Below, piece after piece: positions 18,528 through 28,130 of a DNA stretch of 50,351 nucleotides; position 1 is the stretch's first letter, and each line of letters begins with the position of its first letter. The notes under the pieces are model-generated. The model did no database searches, was not told the DNA's origin, and saw only the letters and a list, made by a program, of their open reading frames with translations. Where the stretch lies: the IMG/VR virus record IMGVR_UViG_3300020042_007694, positions 1-50,351 of that record. The stretch is one strand, 5' to 3'. This DNA comes from a virus. Lineage: Duplodnaviria; Caudoviricetes. The translations under genes were made by a program, and so were the position numbers.

Positions 18528-19457
18528 ATGAGCAGCAGCATAAACCCCAACAACATAGACGGCAACTTTCCAGTTGCTGGTCAACCCAACAACACTCAGG
18601 GATTTAGAGACAACTTTACCAATATCAAAACAAACTTCTCTACAGCAGCAACTGAGATCACTGACCTTGAAAACAAGGGCATTTTTAAAAGCGCATTGAC
18701 TGGCACCGCCCTGGACAACAACATGGCGGACAATTTGATCTATGCCGCTGCCATTAGAGACTTCAGTGCTGTGGCAGTTCAACTCACTGCCACCAGCGGC
18801 TCTATCACAGTGGATTACAGCGCGGCTCATTATCAAGCTATCAGCACCACAGGATCCATCAGCCTGAGTTTCACAAACTTTCCCACCTCAGGTGCAGCAG
18901 GCATGGTTAGATTGAAAATTTCCATTACTAACACAGCATACACCTTGACTCTGCCCGCAGCGGTCAGCCTAGGTACCACAGGCATTCAGGGATACTCTGC
19001 AAACGTAATTACTTTTGCTGCCACTGGCACATATGAGTTTGGATTCTCAACCACAGATTCGGGAACCACAATTACTATATTTGATCTGAATAGACCACTG
19101 CTGGGCAGCGCGGAATCAGCTGTGGGATACAGTATAGGTACTGGTGGTACAGTAACACAGGCCACAAGCAAATCAACTGGTGTCACTCTAAACACCCGTT
19201 GCGGACAAATTACCATGAACAATGCTGCATTGGCGGCAGCGGCAGAAGTTAGTTTTACACTGACCAACAGTGTGATTGCTGCCACAGACGTGGTCATGGT
19301 CAGCATTGCATCAGGCGCCACAGCAGGTGCTTATAGCGTTCAATGTGATGCCACTGCTGCTGGTTCATGCAGAATCAGCGTGGGCAACAGAAACGCAGGT
19401 TCGCTCGGTGAAGCCATTGTGCTAAACTTTGTTGTGATCAAATCTGTTGCTGCCTAA
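18528..19457 (+). CDS. virion structural protein (tail/fibre-like)
   Basis: FPVAGQPNNTQGFRDNFTNIK N-terminus, Thr/Ser/Ala/Gly-rich beta region, AAGGA RBS. Confidence 0.65.
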   Translation: MSSSINPNNIDGNFPVAGQPNNTQGFRDNFTNIKTNFSTAATEITDLENKGIFKSALTGTALDNNMADNLIYAAAIRDFSAVAVQLTATSGSITVDYSAAHYQAISTTGSISLSFTNFPTSGAAGMVRLKISITNTAYTLTLPAAVSLGTTGIQGYSANVITFAATGTYEFGFSTTDSGTTITIFDLNRPLLGSAESAVGYSIGTGGTVTQATSKSTGVTLNTRCGQITMNNAALAAAAEVSFTLTNSVIAATDVVMVSIASGATAGAYSVQCDATAAGSCRISVGNRNAGSLGEAIVLNFVVIKSVAA

Positions 19458-20899
19458 CTGGCTTTGATCTGTCCCAGTAGTTGTTTTAGTTTGTTGCTTT
19501 GAACTTCTGCTGTGACCTTGACAACATCACCGTGCTTGACCATGGGTTTGTCCCAGGCATGTGTGCCGTCTGCAGGTGCCGCCCAAGCTGAGTTGGCGCT
19601 TGCAGCAATCTGGCTCTTGGCCTTGATACTATCCATAATTGAACTTTGTGGTTTGTTGTAGCCGTTTTCGTCTCCACCTTCATCAGTAATGCGCATGGTT
19701 TCAATGTTGTACTCCAGATCAATTTTTTGACCAACGCCGGTCGAGCTTCGAGATTTCATACACTGTATTTGATATTTGCCGCGCTCTTTCATTGAGCGGC
19801 TGGTAAAGATACCAAACACATTGTCTGCTGTGTTGATTTTGCTAATACCACCTGAGATATGGCTGTGATCAAATTCCATTTCTTCCACTGCTGACCTGTT
19901 CAACTGACTTGCTGTTACCAACAGAATGCCCAGTTCCTTGGCCAAGTTGCGCAGTTCTTCCGATACATATTTGTCTTTGACAAACAAGTCGTTGGGGCTG
20001 ACCTTGGCACTCACAGGCATAACCAAGTCAAGATAATCCACCATCACAAAGTCTACTCGAATGCCTGTTTGTATCTGTACTTCTTTTAGATATGCACGAA
20101 TGTCATTTACATTGCTCTGTGCTGGCAAGCCCTTTACTCGATACTGGCCAGCTTTCTTTGCCACCATCTTGACCTTGAGTTCTGTTGAATCAATGTCCTT
20201 GCGAATCTCTTTAGTGCTCATGTTTGTGAGCATGGCGTCAGTTCTCAAACTAGTAAGTTCTTCGCTGAGTTCCAGTGTGATATACACACCACTCATGCCC
20301 TGCTGCAACCAGTTTAATGCAATGTTCATCATCACAAGACTTTTGCCCGATCCTGATCCACCTGCAAAGATGTTGAGTTCTCCGCGACTGAATCCACCAT
20401 ACAGCAGTCGATCCATTTGTGGCCAACCTGTTGACACTTGTCCACCTGAGTTGAAATACTTGTTGATCCTGGCTGCTGGATCTGCAAAGTAATCGGTGCC
20501 CATGTCCTTGGTCAGACTGATCTGCACAGCATCCTTGATCAGTTTTTCCACAGGATCATAGTCGCCCTTTTCCAGCAGGTCTGCTGCTTTCAAGATAGCA
20601 CGTTCCAGTTCTTGACGCCGTGTGAATGCTTCAAACTCAGTCATGAACCAGTCATAGTGTCCTTCGTTGAGGTCTGGCACTGCATTCAACTTGATGCCCG
20701 TGGCTGCGGCAATCTGTGCTCGGTCCGGCAGAGTCTTGAACTGTTCTGAGTGCTCCTTGATAAACGCTGCTGCGGTTCTTAGATTGCGATCAAAATTTTC
20801 TGGATTATAAATGTTCTGCACCCGAACGTAGCTAGCAGCATCCTCCAGCATCATTTCTAGGAACAGTTTTTGTACATCAGTGCTGTAGTCTTTTAACAA
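19454..20899 (-). CDS. replicative DNA helicase (DnaB/T4 gp41-like)
   Basis: Walker A GGSGSGKS, TLELSE, VDYLDL, TASQLNR, KSRS; probable TTG start near 20899. Confidence 0.92.
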   Translation of the reverse strand: MLKDYSTDVQKLFLEMMLEDAASYVRVQNIYNPENFDRNLRTAAAFIKEHSEQFKTLPDRAQIAAATGIKLNAVPDLNEGHYDWFMTEFEAFTRRQELERAILKAADLLEKGDYDPVEKLIKDAVQISLTKDMGTDYFADPAARINKYFNSGGQVSTGWPQMDRLLYGGFSRGELNIFAGGSGSGKSLVMMNIALNWLQQGMSGVYITLELSEELTSLRTDAMLTNMSTKEIRKDIDSTELKVKMVAKKAGQYRVKGLPAQSNVNDIRAYLKEVQIQTGIRVDFVMVDYLDLVMPVSAKVSPNDLFVKDKYVSEELRNLAKELGILLVTASQLNRSAVEEMEFDHSHISGGISKINTADNVFGIFTSRSMKERGKYQIQCMKSRSSTGVGQKIDLEYNIETMRITDEGGDENGYNKPQSSIMDSIKAKSQIAASANSAWAAPADGTHAWDKPMVKHGDVVKVTAEVQSNKLKQLLGQIKAS

Positions 20900-21857
20900 G
20901 TTGTTTCTTTCGTAATTCAATTTTGATTCGGCTGGTTTCTCTAGCTTGCATGATAGTTATCAGTGCGCCTAGTCTACCATATTTCTTCACAGCATCGTTT
21001 ACATCTTTGCAATCTTCCCAGGCAGGCATGCTCACTGCCCAACCCAGTTCTACTGCACGGTCAATTAGTTCTACGCCTGCCTGGTCTTGATCCGGCACTA
21101 CTGTAATTTCAAGACCCAGGTTGCGAATCAGTCGGGCCTGAGCATCACTTATGGTGTTATGCATCAAGGCAACACCGCCAATGCTGAGTGCGTCAAATAT
21201 GCCTTCTGTCACGATTACCTGAGTCCAGTCTGATCGTAACAGGTCTGTGCCAAACACGTATCCCGGCTGCATGTCATTTAGGTAACGTGGATTCCGATCA
21301 TCTAGGAATCTGATAGTATATCCTACTATGCTATTGTGATGTGTGAATGGTATGATTACCTGTTCACGGCCAGGCCATGCACGTTCAGGACTAGTTTGTG
21401 TCATCACAGGATAATCATCTGGCACACATCTTGATCTCACATAGTTGCGATGCAGTCCTGTGCTACCAACTAGTTCGGCAAATGGCGGCAGGTCTCGTTC
21501 TTCAAACTTGATGTCTGCTAGAACATCTACTGTACGTTGTCTGTCATCTAGTATGCCGTGTATGCTTCGATGCCGTAGGCTTTCAAGATTGGCCAATTCT
21601 ATTTCACGTTCGGACACACCCAACCAGCCCAAGAGCCTGCGGGCCTTATAACTTAATGTACGGCCAAGGATAAAGCTAGCGGTGTAGTTGCAGTTGAAGC
21701 AGTGATAGCTCCAGCCCTGCTCGTTTGTTTTGATGCCGCCGCGACTTCTGCGATCTGATGTGTTGCCATTATGGTCACAGCACACAGCATTAAAGCTGAT
21801 CCACCCCGATGCACTAGATTTTTTCTTGGCAGGTAGATAATTCGCAATGCTCAGCAT
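20877..21857 (-). CDS. DNA primase (gp61-like)
   Basis: Zn finger (C..H...HCFNC), TOPRIM TEGIFDA and PDQD, KDVND. Confidence 0.9.
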   Translation of the reverse strand: MLSIANYLPAKKKSSASGWISFNAVCCDHNGNTSDRRSRGGIKTNEQGWSYHCFNCNYTASFILGRTLSYKARRLLGWLGVSEREIELANLESLRHRSIHGILDDRQRTVDVLADIKFEERDLPPFAELVGSTGLHRNYVRSRCVPDDYPVMTQTSPERAWPGREQVIIPFTHHNSIVGYTIRFLDDRNPRYLNDMQPGYVFGTDLLRSDWTQVIVTEGIFDALSIGGVALMHNTISDAQARLIRNLGLEITVVPDQDQAGVELIDRAVELGWAVSMPAWEDCKDVNDAVKKYGRLGALITIMQARETSRIKIELRKKQLVKRLQH

Positions 21858-21863
21858 CTGCTT

Positions 21864-21892
21864 AGTGTAACAGATTTTTGTGACAATTGCAA
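21864..21892 (-). promoter_or_regulatory. sigma70-like promoter of primase-helicase
   Basis: TTGCAA-17 bp-TACACT with TG extension. Confidence 0.5.
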
Positions 21893-21895
21893 CGA

Positions 21896-22969
21896 TTATC
21901 GGTACTGTACGTTCTGAATCAGGCCGTTTGAGAAGATTACGGTTGCTGCTGTTCCACCGTTGGCAAATTGCATGGGCAAATAGCCCGAGCCACCGTTGGT
22001 CACTGTAACACTGCTGACCACTCCAGTTGCACCCACATTGGCCTGAGCTGTGGCGCCTGCTCCGTCACCAAGAATTTGAACATAAGGTGCAGCATCATAG
22101 TACTGGCCAAGATTGGTCAGAGTGATGCCAGTCACCACACCATTGGTCACTTGCACATTGCCTGTGGCACCGTAGCCAACTGAGTTGTTTAGAGCCAGGC
22201 GCAGTAGCGGGTGAAAACCCACAATGTTAAAATAATCGCTCACAGTTTGATCCAGATATTGTCGGCTTTCGCTCACATCTGTCCACACAGCTTCGTAGTT
22301 TTCTGCTGCCTGTATCTTGACGGTGCCGGTGTAGTGAACCAGATCAAACTTGACTGTGGTAAAACTTGCACCGGTGGTGTCAATGTAGCTGGAATAGAAT
22401 TCAGTCATTTGTATAGAATTGATTGGCTGAGGATTCAGTGCCCAGTCCGGATATCCTGTGGGCGCTGTGCCCACGTACTGATTCTTGCCGTAAAGGTCTG
22501 GCACTGTAACTGGTTGACTAGGCTGGAATTGTGGCAGTATGGAGTCCACAATGTTGCAGTCTGCTCGTGCTTGGCTGTTGGCATCCACATATGCGGCCTG
22601 CACATAGTTGCCGGCGCTGCGTTGAATACTGTAGCTGGCTGGCTGTGCTTGAATATTGATGGTATCTGCGGTGTTGAGCACTACCTTGACACGGCCCAGG
22701 GCCGAGCTTAGTATCTCCATGCTTTTGGTCAGCAACAGCTCATCTCCTGCTTGGTTTACAACTCGAAAAACAAAGTCTGAGCCCGCAATGTTCACAGGTT
22801 TTTGATCCTGATTGATGAATTCAAAGAGCAGCACATTGTCTACTCCTTTGTTGATTGTTAGTTGTTTTGCATACACAGGGTCGTACCTCTTGGTAAAATA
22901 TCCACCGCTGGTGTCTACTAGTAACACGCGGACAATTTGTTGATAAAGATAAACGGTGGTGGAATACAT
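21896..22969 (-). CDS. probable baseplate/structural protein
   Basis: Beta-rich; C-terminal VTGITLTNLGQYY and VSSVTVTNGGSGY repeats typical of T4-like structural proteins; TAAATA upstream. Confidence 0.6.
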   Translation of the reverse strand: MYSTTVYLYQQIVRVLLVDTSGGYFTKRYDPVYAKQLTINKGVDNVLLFEFINQDQKPVNIAGSDFVFRVVNQAGDELLLTKSMEILSSALGRVKVVLNTADTINIQAQPASYSIQRSAGNYVQAAYVDANSQARADCNIVDSILPQFQPSQPVTVPDLYGKNQYVGTAPTGYPDWALNPQPINSIQMTEFYSSYIDTTGASFTTVKFDLVHYTGTVKIQAAENYEAVWTDVSESRQYLDQTVSDYFNIVGFHPLLRLALNNSVGYGATGNVQVTNGVVTGITLTNLGQYYDAAPYVQILGDGAGATAQANVGATGVVSSVTVTNGGSGYLPMQFANGGTAATVIFSNGLIQNVQYR

Positions 22970-22976
22970 GTTCTAT

Positions 22977-23006
22977 TATTTATCCAAAATTCACGGACCA
23001 TAAATA
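22977..23006. promoter_or_regulatory. divergent pair of late-promoter motifs
   Basis: ATAAATA on both strands in the 43-bp gap between divergent genes. Confidence 0.6.
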
Positions 23007-23012
23007 CCACCG

Positions 23013-23390
23013 ATGGGTAATAATATATTTGAAAAACTAACAGAGAAATACCCCTTCATTACCTTGTGCGGTTATGCAAATCAAGAGTATGTAGGAGTTG
23101 TGCAAAATCGTGACGAAATTGTGACAACTATTTACGACTTTGGATCAGTGATAGATCAGGCGGACAAAATTCTGTTTTTAGAACTGGCGTCTTCTTGGTG
23201 GTGGGAAAGCAATAGAAGCATCCCTATAAACATTTTCTTGCGTAAAGAATGGGATCAATTTCGAGTTACTTTGCGCACATTTGCCAACAAGGACCTGGAA
23301 ATCTTGCACGGTCCCATTTGTAGTCTCATGGACATAGCTAGAAAAAAAAGCAAGAGAAAATCAATTACTCTTGTAAGACGGCTAAACTAA
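23013..23390 (+). CDS. hypothetical protein
   Basis: 125-aa ORF filling the gap, WWWESNRSIPINIF motif, basic tail. Confidence 0.7.
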   Translation: MGNNIFEKLTEKYPFITLCGYANQEYVGVVQNRDEIVTTIYDFGSVIDQADKILFLELASSWWWESNRSIPINIFLRKEWDQFRVTLRTFANKDLEILHGPICSLMDIARKKSKRKSITLVRRLN

Positions 23391-23942
23391 CAGATTCATG
23401 TGCAGTGCTACCAGAGCACTGTATCCCATAGCATGAGCTTTTTTAAATGTGTATCCGCGACTGGTATCACCATCCCATACTGAATCAAACACCGTGGGCC
23501 AGGGCTGATTCTGTAGATGTGCCTTGCCCGGGCGTATGATTGATATAAATGCAGCCATTCTGGGTATGCTGTCGGGGCGCATGGTCGCCAGCAGGTGCTC
23601 ATAATTGCCCACGTGAACCAACTGTCGTGCCCATTTAGGATCTTGCCATAGTCTTGCCCACGGGGGTGTAGCTGCAAGCACGGTTTCGTAGTGCTCAGGA
23701 CTAGTAATCAACTGATACACACTCATGTTCAAAAAGTCCAGCTTGAAGTAGCCCCGTGATTCCGCTGACTCGTAGTCTATAGCAGCACAGTGATTCACAG
23801 GATCTTGTGGAATGTCTGTGACATACACTCCTGAATTGTGACGTCTAGGTCGCCCATCTGTGATCTGCCGTGCAGGTGTATGCTGAATCAGTTTTAGTAT
23901 GTGTTCGCGGTCAGCAAAGTCAATGTCAATGTCTGCGCTCAT
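23382..23942 (-). CDS. minimal DnaE (DNA polymerase III alpha)-like protein
   Basis: ADIDIDF, RHNSGVYV, GYFKLDFL, ISIIRPG and YTFKKAHA appear in DnaE order within 186 aa. Confidence 0.8.
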   Translation of the reverse strand: MSADIDIDFADREHILKLIQHTPARQITDGRPRRHNSGVYVTDIPQDPVNHCAAIDYESAESRGYFKLDFLNMSVYQLITSPEHYETVLAATPPWARLWQDPKWARQLVHVGNYEHLLATMRPDSIPRMAAFISIIRPGKAHLQNQPWPTVFDSVWDGDTSRGYTFKKAHAMGYSALVALHMNLLV

Positions 23943-23943
23943 G

Positions 23944-24618
23944 TTACCATCCTGCTTGTTTCAAAATGTTCTTGGCATAGGCCTGATCCTGGGGTCTGTC
24001 CTGAAATCGCTTTTGCCAGGCATCGCTGTCAATATAGGGCCATATCATAGCAACCTGTGTGGCGTCTAGTTCGCTTAGAAACTTCTGACCCGATTCTGAA
24101 TTGTAAATTACCCAGGCACTTATTCTACCTGCGGTCACAGCATAGCACAGCACATTGGCGTTGCCATACCGCATGCAATCATGTGCAGGGCTGGCATTTT
24201 TTTCTGCCCAGTCTATGCCAAACTCTATGGCTCGTGTGAGTGCATCATCCACCGCTTCTACCTTTAGATGATCCACCAGGTACTCAGTGTACACCTTGTC
24301 ACTGCACCAGTGATCAATCTTGCGATTGTTCTTCAACAGCCAGGCCATGAATCTGTCTGGGTTGATCACTCTAGTGTTCACACAGTAATGCCCAAACTTC
24401 ACAAACGCACGATAATAGCTGCTTTCACAAAAAGTATCGTGTGTTTTGTTTCTGGCAGATCCTGCCATGCTTTCATAAAAGCGAATGTAGGCTTGAAATC
24501 CCAGTCTTGGTCCTGGTTCGTCACGCTGTTGTTGTCGACGTTTGGGTTCACACATGTGTGCTTGTATAGATGTTTCTCTCACAAACTCTTTTTTACAATA
24601 TTCGCATACATGGGTCAT
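23944..24618 (-). CDS. protein with N-terminal C2H2/C2HC-type zinc finger
   Basis: CEYCKKEFVRETSIQAHMC. Confidence 0.65.
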   Translation of the reverse strand: MTHVCEYCKKEFVRETSIQAHMCEPKRRQQQRDEPGPRLGFQAYIRFYESMAGSARNKTHDTFCESSYYRAFVKFGHYCVNTRVINPDRFMAWLLKNNRKIDHWCSDKVYTEYLVDHLKVEAVDDALTRAIEFGIDWAEKNASPAHDCMRYGNANVLCYAVTAGRISAWVIYNSESGQKFLSELDATQVAMIWPYIDSDAWQKRFQDRPQDQAYAKNILKQAGW

Positions 24619-25343
24619 TCTAGTATTTTATGCTCTTGAATGTAGTTTGTCAAATACTCGTTGACCTGTTGGTGGTGACCCGGTTCGGGGTGTGTCATAT
24701 CTGGTGGCACATATTGAGTGCCAGGCGGATAAGTTTTGGGCTCAACTCCCCGAGCATGCTGCCAAGCTATGGCTCGCCAGGCGAAGCCTTCAATAATTTC
24801 AGGACGTTGAAAAAGTTTCAATCTGGGATTGCTCAGGTGCTCTTGATACAGGTTGTCGGCCTGTTGGAAAACCAACACACGATGCCCTCGACTCTGAATA
24901 TCTGTTATGGCACTTATTATACGATACATTAGATCTTCGGTGCGATCCAAGATACTGTATACTTCGCTTTTGAGTTTGGTTTCTACAAATTGTTCACTGT
25001 CCCTAACTGTCCATTGATGTTGCCATCTAGATTCAAACTCTTGATTTTGTGGGTTACACCAGGCGCCTTCAAACTCATCAACCGTATTACAAATGGGAAG
25101 TTCAAGTCTAGATACAAACGTCAGACCCAACACATACAAGGTTGGTACTTGAGTGACATAACTGTGTTTGAGTGTGGTTCTAAGTATGCGACTGTTGGCA
25201 CTGCCACCAATGGCCAAGTTCACAGCCTGCGGAATATTATGACGGCCAATAAAATCAAGGTTACGAGCAAGGTCAATGTGACCATTACCAACAGCGTAGC
25301 TATGGGTGTAACTACAGCCGTTGACTACCAGTAGTTTGATCAT
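24615..25343 (-). CDS. SGNH/GDSL-like hydrolase
   Basis: VNGCSYT (block I), NLAIGGSAN (block II), DMTHP (block V). Confidence 0.6.
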   Translation of the reverse strand: MIKLLVVNGCSYTHSYAVGNGHIDLARNLDFIGRHNIPQAVNLAIGGSANSRILRTTLKHSYVTQVPTLYVLGLTFVSRLELPICNTVDEFEGAWCNPQNQEFESRWQHQWTVRDSEQFVETKLKSEVYSILDRTEDLMYRIISAITDIQSRGHRVLVFQQADNLYQEHLSNPRLKLFQRPEIIEGFAWRAIAWQHARGVEPKTYPPGTQYVPPDMTHPEPGHHQQVNEYLTNYIQEHKILE

Positions 25344-25786
25344 TTTTTGACATTGCCCGCATCTCGATGATATGCATCTAGTTCTTTTTGTGTGACCAAT
25401 TGTGCCATTACATCAATCTCATCTTCCTTGTAGGTGGGATATATTTCCATCAAGGCCTTGCGTTTGGCACTGAGTCCTGCTTCCTTTTTCTTGGGAGCAA
25501 TCCAGGGATGCCGCGGTGTGCCCATGCCTGGACTTATGGCTGTGGCACACAACCATTGCAGTTTGGGATGGCGGCCCATATCAAAAAAGTGTTTGTTAAG
25601 ATAGTGGTTGCAGCTTTGTACATAATATTCTTGTAGTTCACGAGAGCCTTCTACTGCTGAGCCCCAACGCAACATCAGAAACGTGGAGAATCTCTTGCGC
25701 TCATCTGAATCAAGTTCATCATAGAAGTCTCTGTTCTTGACATCTAGTTGGCGCATCTCGTTCGAAATGTGTAGTCGATCACTCAT
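25340..25786 (-). CDS. clamp-loader small subunit (gp62-like)
   Basis: Size, FLMLRW, PKLQW and PWI..KKK pattern resemble gp62; replication-gene context. Confidence 0.6.
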   Translation of the reverse strand: MSDRLHISNEMRQLDVKNRDFYDELDSDERKRFSTFLMLRWGSAVEGSRELQEYYVQSCNHYLNKHFFDMGRHPKLQWLCATAISPGMGTPRHPWIAPKKKEAGLSAKRKALMEIYPTYKEDEIDVMAQLVTQKELDAYHRDAGNVKK

Positions 25787-26043
25787 GTTGTTTTACTCAA
25801 TCGATAAATCATTATAACACGGTCCAGGGCATCTTGTAAAGTGGGATTGGTTTTGGCCATTCGGTGAATCTCGCCCCACATTTTGGAATCCATTAATGAG
25901 TCATGCAAGGGTTTGCCATCAGTGGTACGATAATCGTAGCCCATTACTTCACGTGTGCTGGGATCTGCGCCAAACTCTCTTCTGAACACTGTGTCGCCGT
26001 TGCGTTCGTAGATGTAGGTTGCGTCTGGTTTAAGCTGACCCAT
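25783..26043 (-). CDS. hypothetical protein
   Basis: ATG at 26043 immediately after the upstream stop. Confidence 0.65.
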   Translation of the reverse strand: MGQLKPDATYIYERNGDTVFRREFGADPSTREVMGYDYRTTDGKPLHDSLMDSKMWGEIHRMAKTNPTLQDALDRVIMIYRLSKTT

Positions 26044-26044
26044 A

Positions 26045-26545
26045 TCACCAAGCCTTGTTGTAGTCCACAATTTCACAGTTGCGGCTGATGTCTTTCACAA
26101 AGTACACACAGTCAGGTTCTGCATCATCGTTCAAGGGCACGGCCAGCATTTGCCCATTTTTGAGTTTGGGTGCAAACCACGTTACTTCATGATACACATC
26201 CAATATCTCAATATCCGGAAAGCTGGGACGGAAACTGGTTAGCGGATTGAATTGAAATACCTTAAAACCACGATCATTAATACTGGTCAAGGGCAGCATT
26301 TCTAGGTCGCCCACATCAGGTTCACCTATTAGGATTTGCCAGTCCATGGGCATCTTGATTGTGGTGTTGCCAATACGCAAGACCAAGGCAGGACTGTTGA
26401 AACTTTCCAGAAATATCAACGGGATAAAGTGATAGTCTGGGTCTTGTGGATTGCTGTTGTCCAGAATAGCAAAACGCATGTCATCTACTTCTTCAGGCAA
26501 ATGATTCAAATCATAAAATGTATTGTCTAATGTTAAAATTCGCAT
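26045..26545 (-). CDS. hypothetical protein
   Basis: 166-aa ORF after a sigma70-like promoter. Confidence 0.7.
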   Translation of the reverse strand: MRILTLDNTFYDLNHLPEEVDDMRFAILDNSNPQDPDYHFIPLIFLESFNSPALVLRIGNTTIKMPMDWQILIGEPDVGDLEMLPLTSINDRGFKVFQFNPLTSFRPSFPDIEILDVYHEVTWFAPKLKNGQMLAVPLNDDAEPDCVYFVKDISRNCEIVDYNKAW

Positions 26546-26551
26546 GTGTTA

Positions 26552-26580
26552 ATAATACAGTGTTTGTGCTGCAAAGTCAA
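26552..26580 (-). promoter_or_regulatory. sigma70-like promoter
   Basis: TTGACT-17 bp-TATTAT. Confidence 0.6.
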
Positions 26581-26583
26581 CCA

Positions 26584-28053
26584 TTATTTGATCTTCATCC
26601 ACTCTAGTTTCTCTGCAGAAAATGGATAGTTGGCTTCCTTATAAAAGGCCTTGCGCTTGGTCAAATGACGTTTGGCAAACTTGCATGTGCTGGTTATGTC
26701 CCAGATTTCCACGTGATCTTTGTCTTCAGCTTTTCTAATGCCACGTCCAATACTTTGTATCACCCGCACAAAACTCTTGCCCGGCTCTACCAGTACAAGA
26801 TTAAAGATGCGTGGTATGTTGATGCCCACAGCGGCCACACCATAAGTGGCCACAATGATCTTGTCAGTGGCATCTGCCACCTGGTTGTATTCTTCCTGGC
26901 GGGCCGTTGATTTGGTAGCACCAGACACAAACACTGCTTTGTCTCCCAGGCGTTGTACCAGTTGTCGGCCACATTCAGTCCTGTCTACCAGCACCAGAGT
27001 GTTGCCTGTTTCGTTTACTCTACGGATCAGTTCAGCCATGGTATCTAGTCTGCCAGACTCTTCTAACAGGTACTTGAGCTCGCTTTGATAGTCCTTGTAC
27101 TCCACATAATCCACCAGTTGCACAATGTTCACATGGCACTGTGCCAGTACACCTGCGTCTTGTAATGTGCTGGCACTGAGTCGACTGACCACTGGACCCA
27201 GACTGACCAACAAGGCCTGGCTTTCAAACAGTTCTTTTGGCACTGTCCCAGTCAGTCCCCATCTTAATGGAATCTGACTCATGGCACCTGTTAGCAGAGT
27301 CTTGAGTGCATCGGCCTTGGCCATGTGAACCTCGTCTACAATCACACACACCACATCTTGTATAAACTCATGAATGGTTATTTCTGCTTCACCAGTTTTG
27401 GTCAGTTTCATCATGTTGTTGAGACTCTGCCAAGTGCATATGGTATGCTGACAATTGTATTCTTTTCTGTCGCCAAAATACACGCCCACATCCAGGCCCA
27501 TGTTGACATAGTCTTGCTCGGTTTGTGTTACCAGACTTTTGTTGGGCACAATCACAATGCTGCGACCATAGGCACTGACTGCATCGCTTAGTGCTGCTGT
27601 AATAATGGTTTTGCCTGCACCTGTGGCCACTTCTTGTATGCACTGCGGATTGATTAGAAACTTGTTGATGATTTCCACTTGATAATCACGCAGTACCATG
27701 GGCTGGCCAGCTGCTGGATGAGTCTTAGGCCATAGCACATGATTGTAATGATTTTCAGACACTGCTGTAAAGTCAAACGTGGTGGTGTACTCACGTTGAT
27801 CATCTAGCACCGGGCTGTAGTCAAACCGGTCAAGTATGGGCATGATCTCGGGCAAGAGATTCACATAGGTGCTGCCACCTAGTTGGAAGTAGGCAATCTT
27901 GCCGTCCCATCTCCCCAGCCGCACTGCGGGCAGGTAACGTGCTGCTGGATTTTCGTACTTGAAGGCCGTGACCAGAGCTTTGCGGCAATCCAGATCAAGT
28001 CCTTCTATCTTGATGTTGACTTCATCTCGAATTACTATGGTGCATTGTTTCAT
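26584..28053 (-). CDS. uvsW: SF2 DNA helicase
   Basis: WDGKI, LRDYQ, ATGAGKT, VDEVH, GLTGT, QSIGRGIR. Confidence 0.9.
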   Translation of the reverse strand: MKQCTIVIRDEVNIKIEGLDLDCRKALVTAFKYENPAARYLPAVRLGRWDGKIAYFQLGGSTYVNLLPEIMPILDRFDYSPVLDDQREYTTTFDFTAVSENHYNHVLWPKTHPAAGQPMVLRDYQVEIINKFLINPQCIQEVATGAGKTIITAALSDAVSAYGRSIVIVPNKSLVTQTEQDYVNMGLDVGVYFGDRKEYNCQHTICTWQSLNNMMKLTKTGEAEITIHEFIQDVVCVIVDEVHMAKADALKTLLTGAMSQIPLRWGLTGTVPKELFESQALLVSLGPVVSRLSASTLQDAGVLAQCHVNIVQLVDYVEYKDYQSELKYLLEESGRLDTMAELIRRVNETGNTLVLVDRTECGRQLVQRLGDKAVFVSGATKSTARQEEYNQVADATDKIIVATYGVAAVGINIPRIFNLVLVEPGKSFVRVIQSIGRGIRKAEDKDHVEIWDITSTCKFAKRHLTKRKAFYKEANYPFSAEKLEWMKIK

Positions 28054-28130
28054 TAGTGTTAATATACAGGTTATAATGGAATTTTGCAACTTGGAGTTTA
28101 ATCAAAACGTCAAATTTTTATTGATAATTG

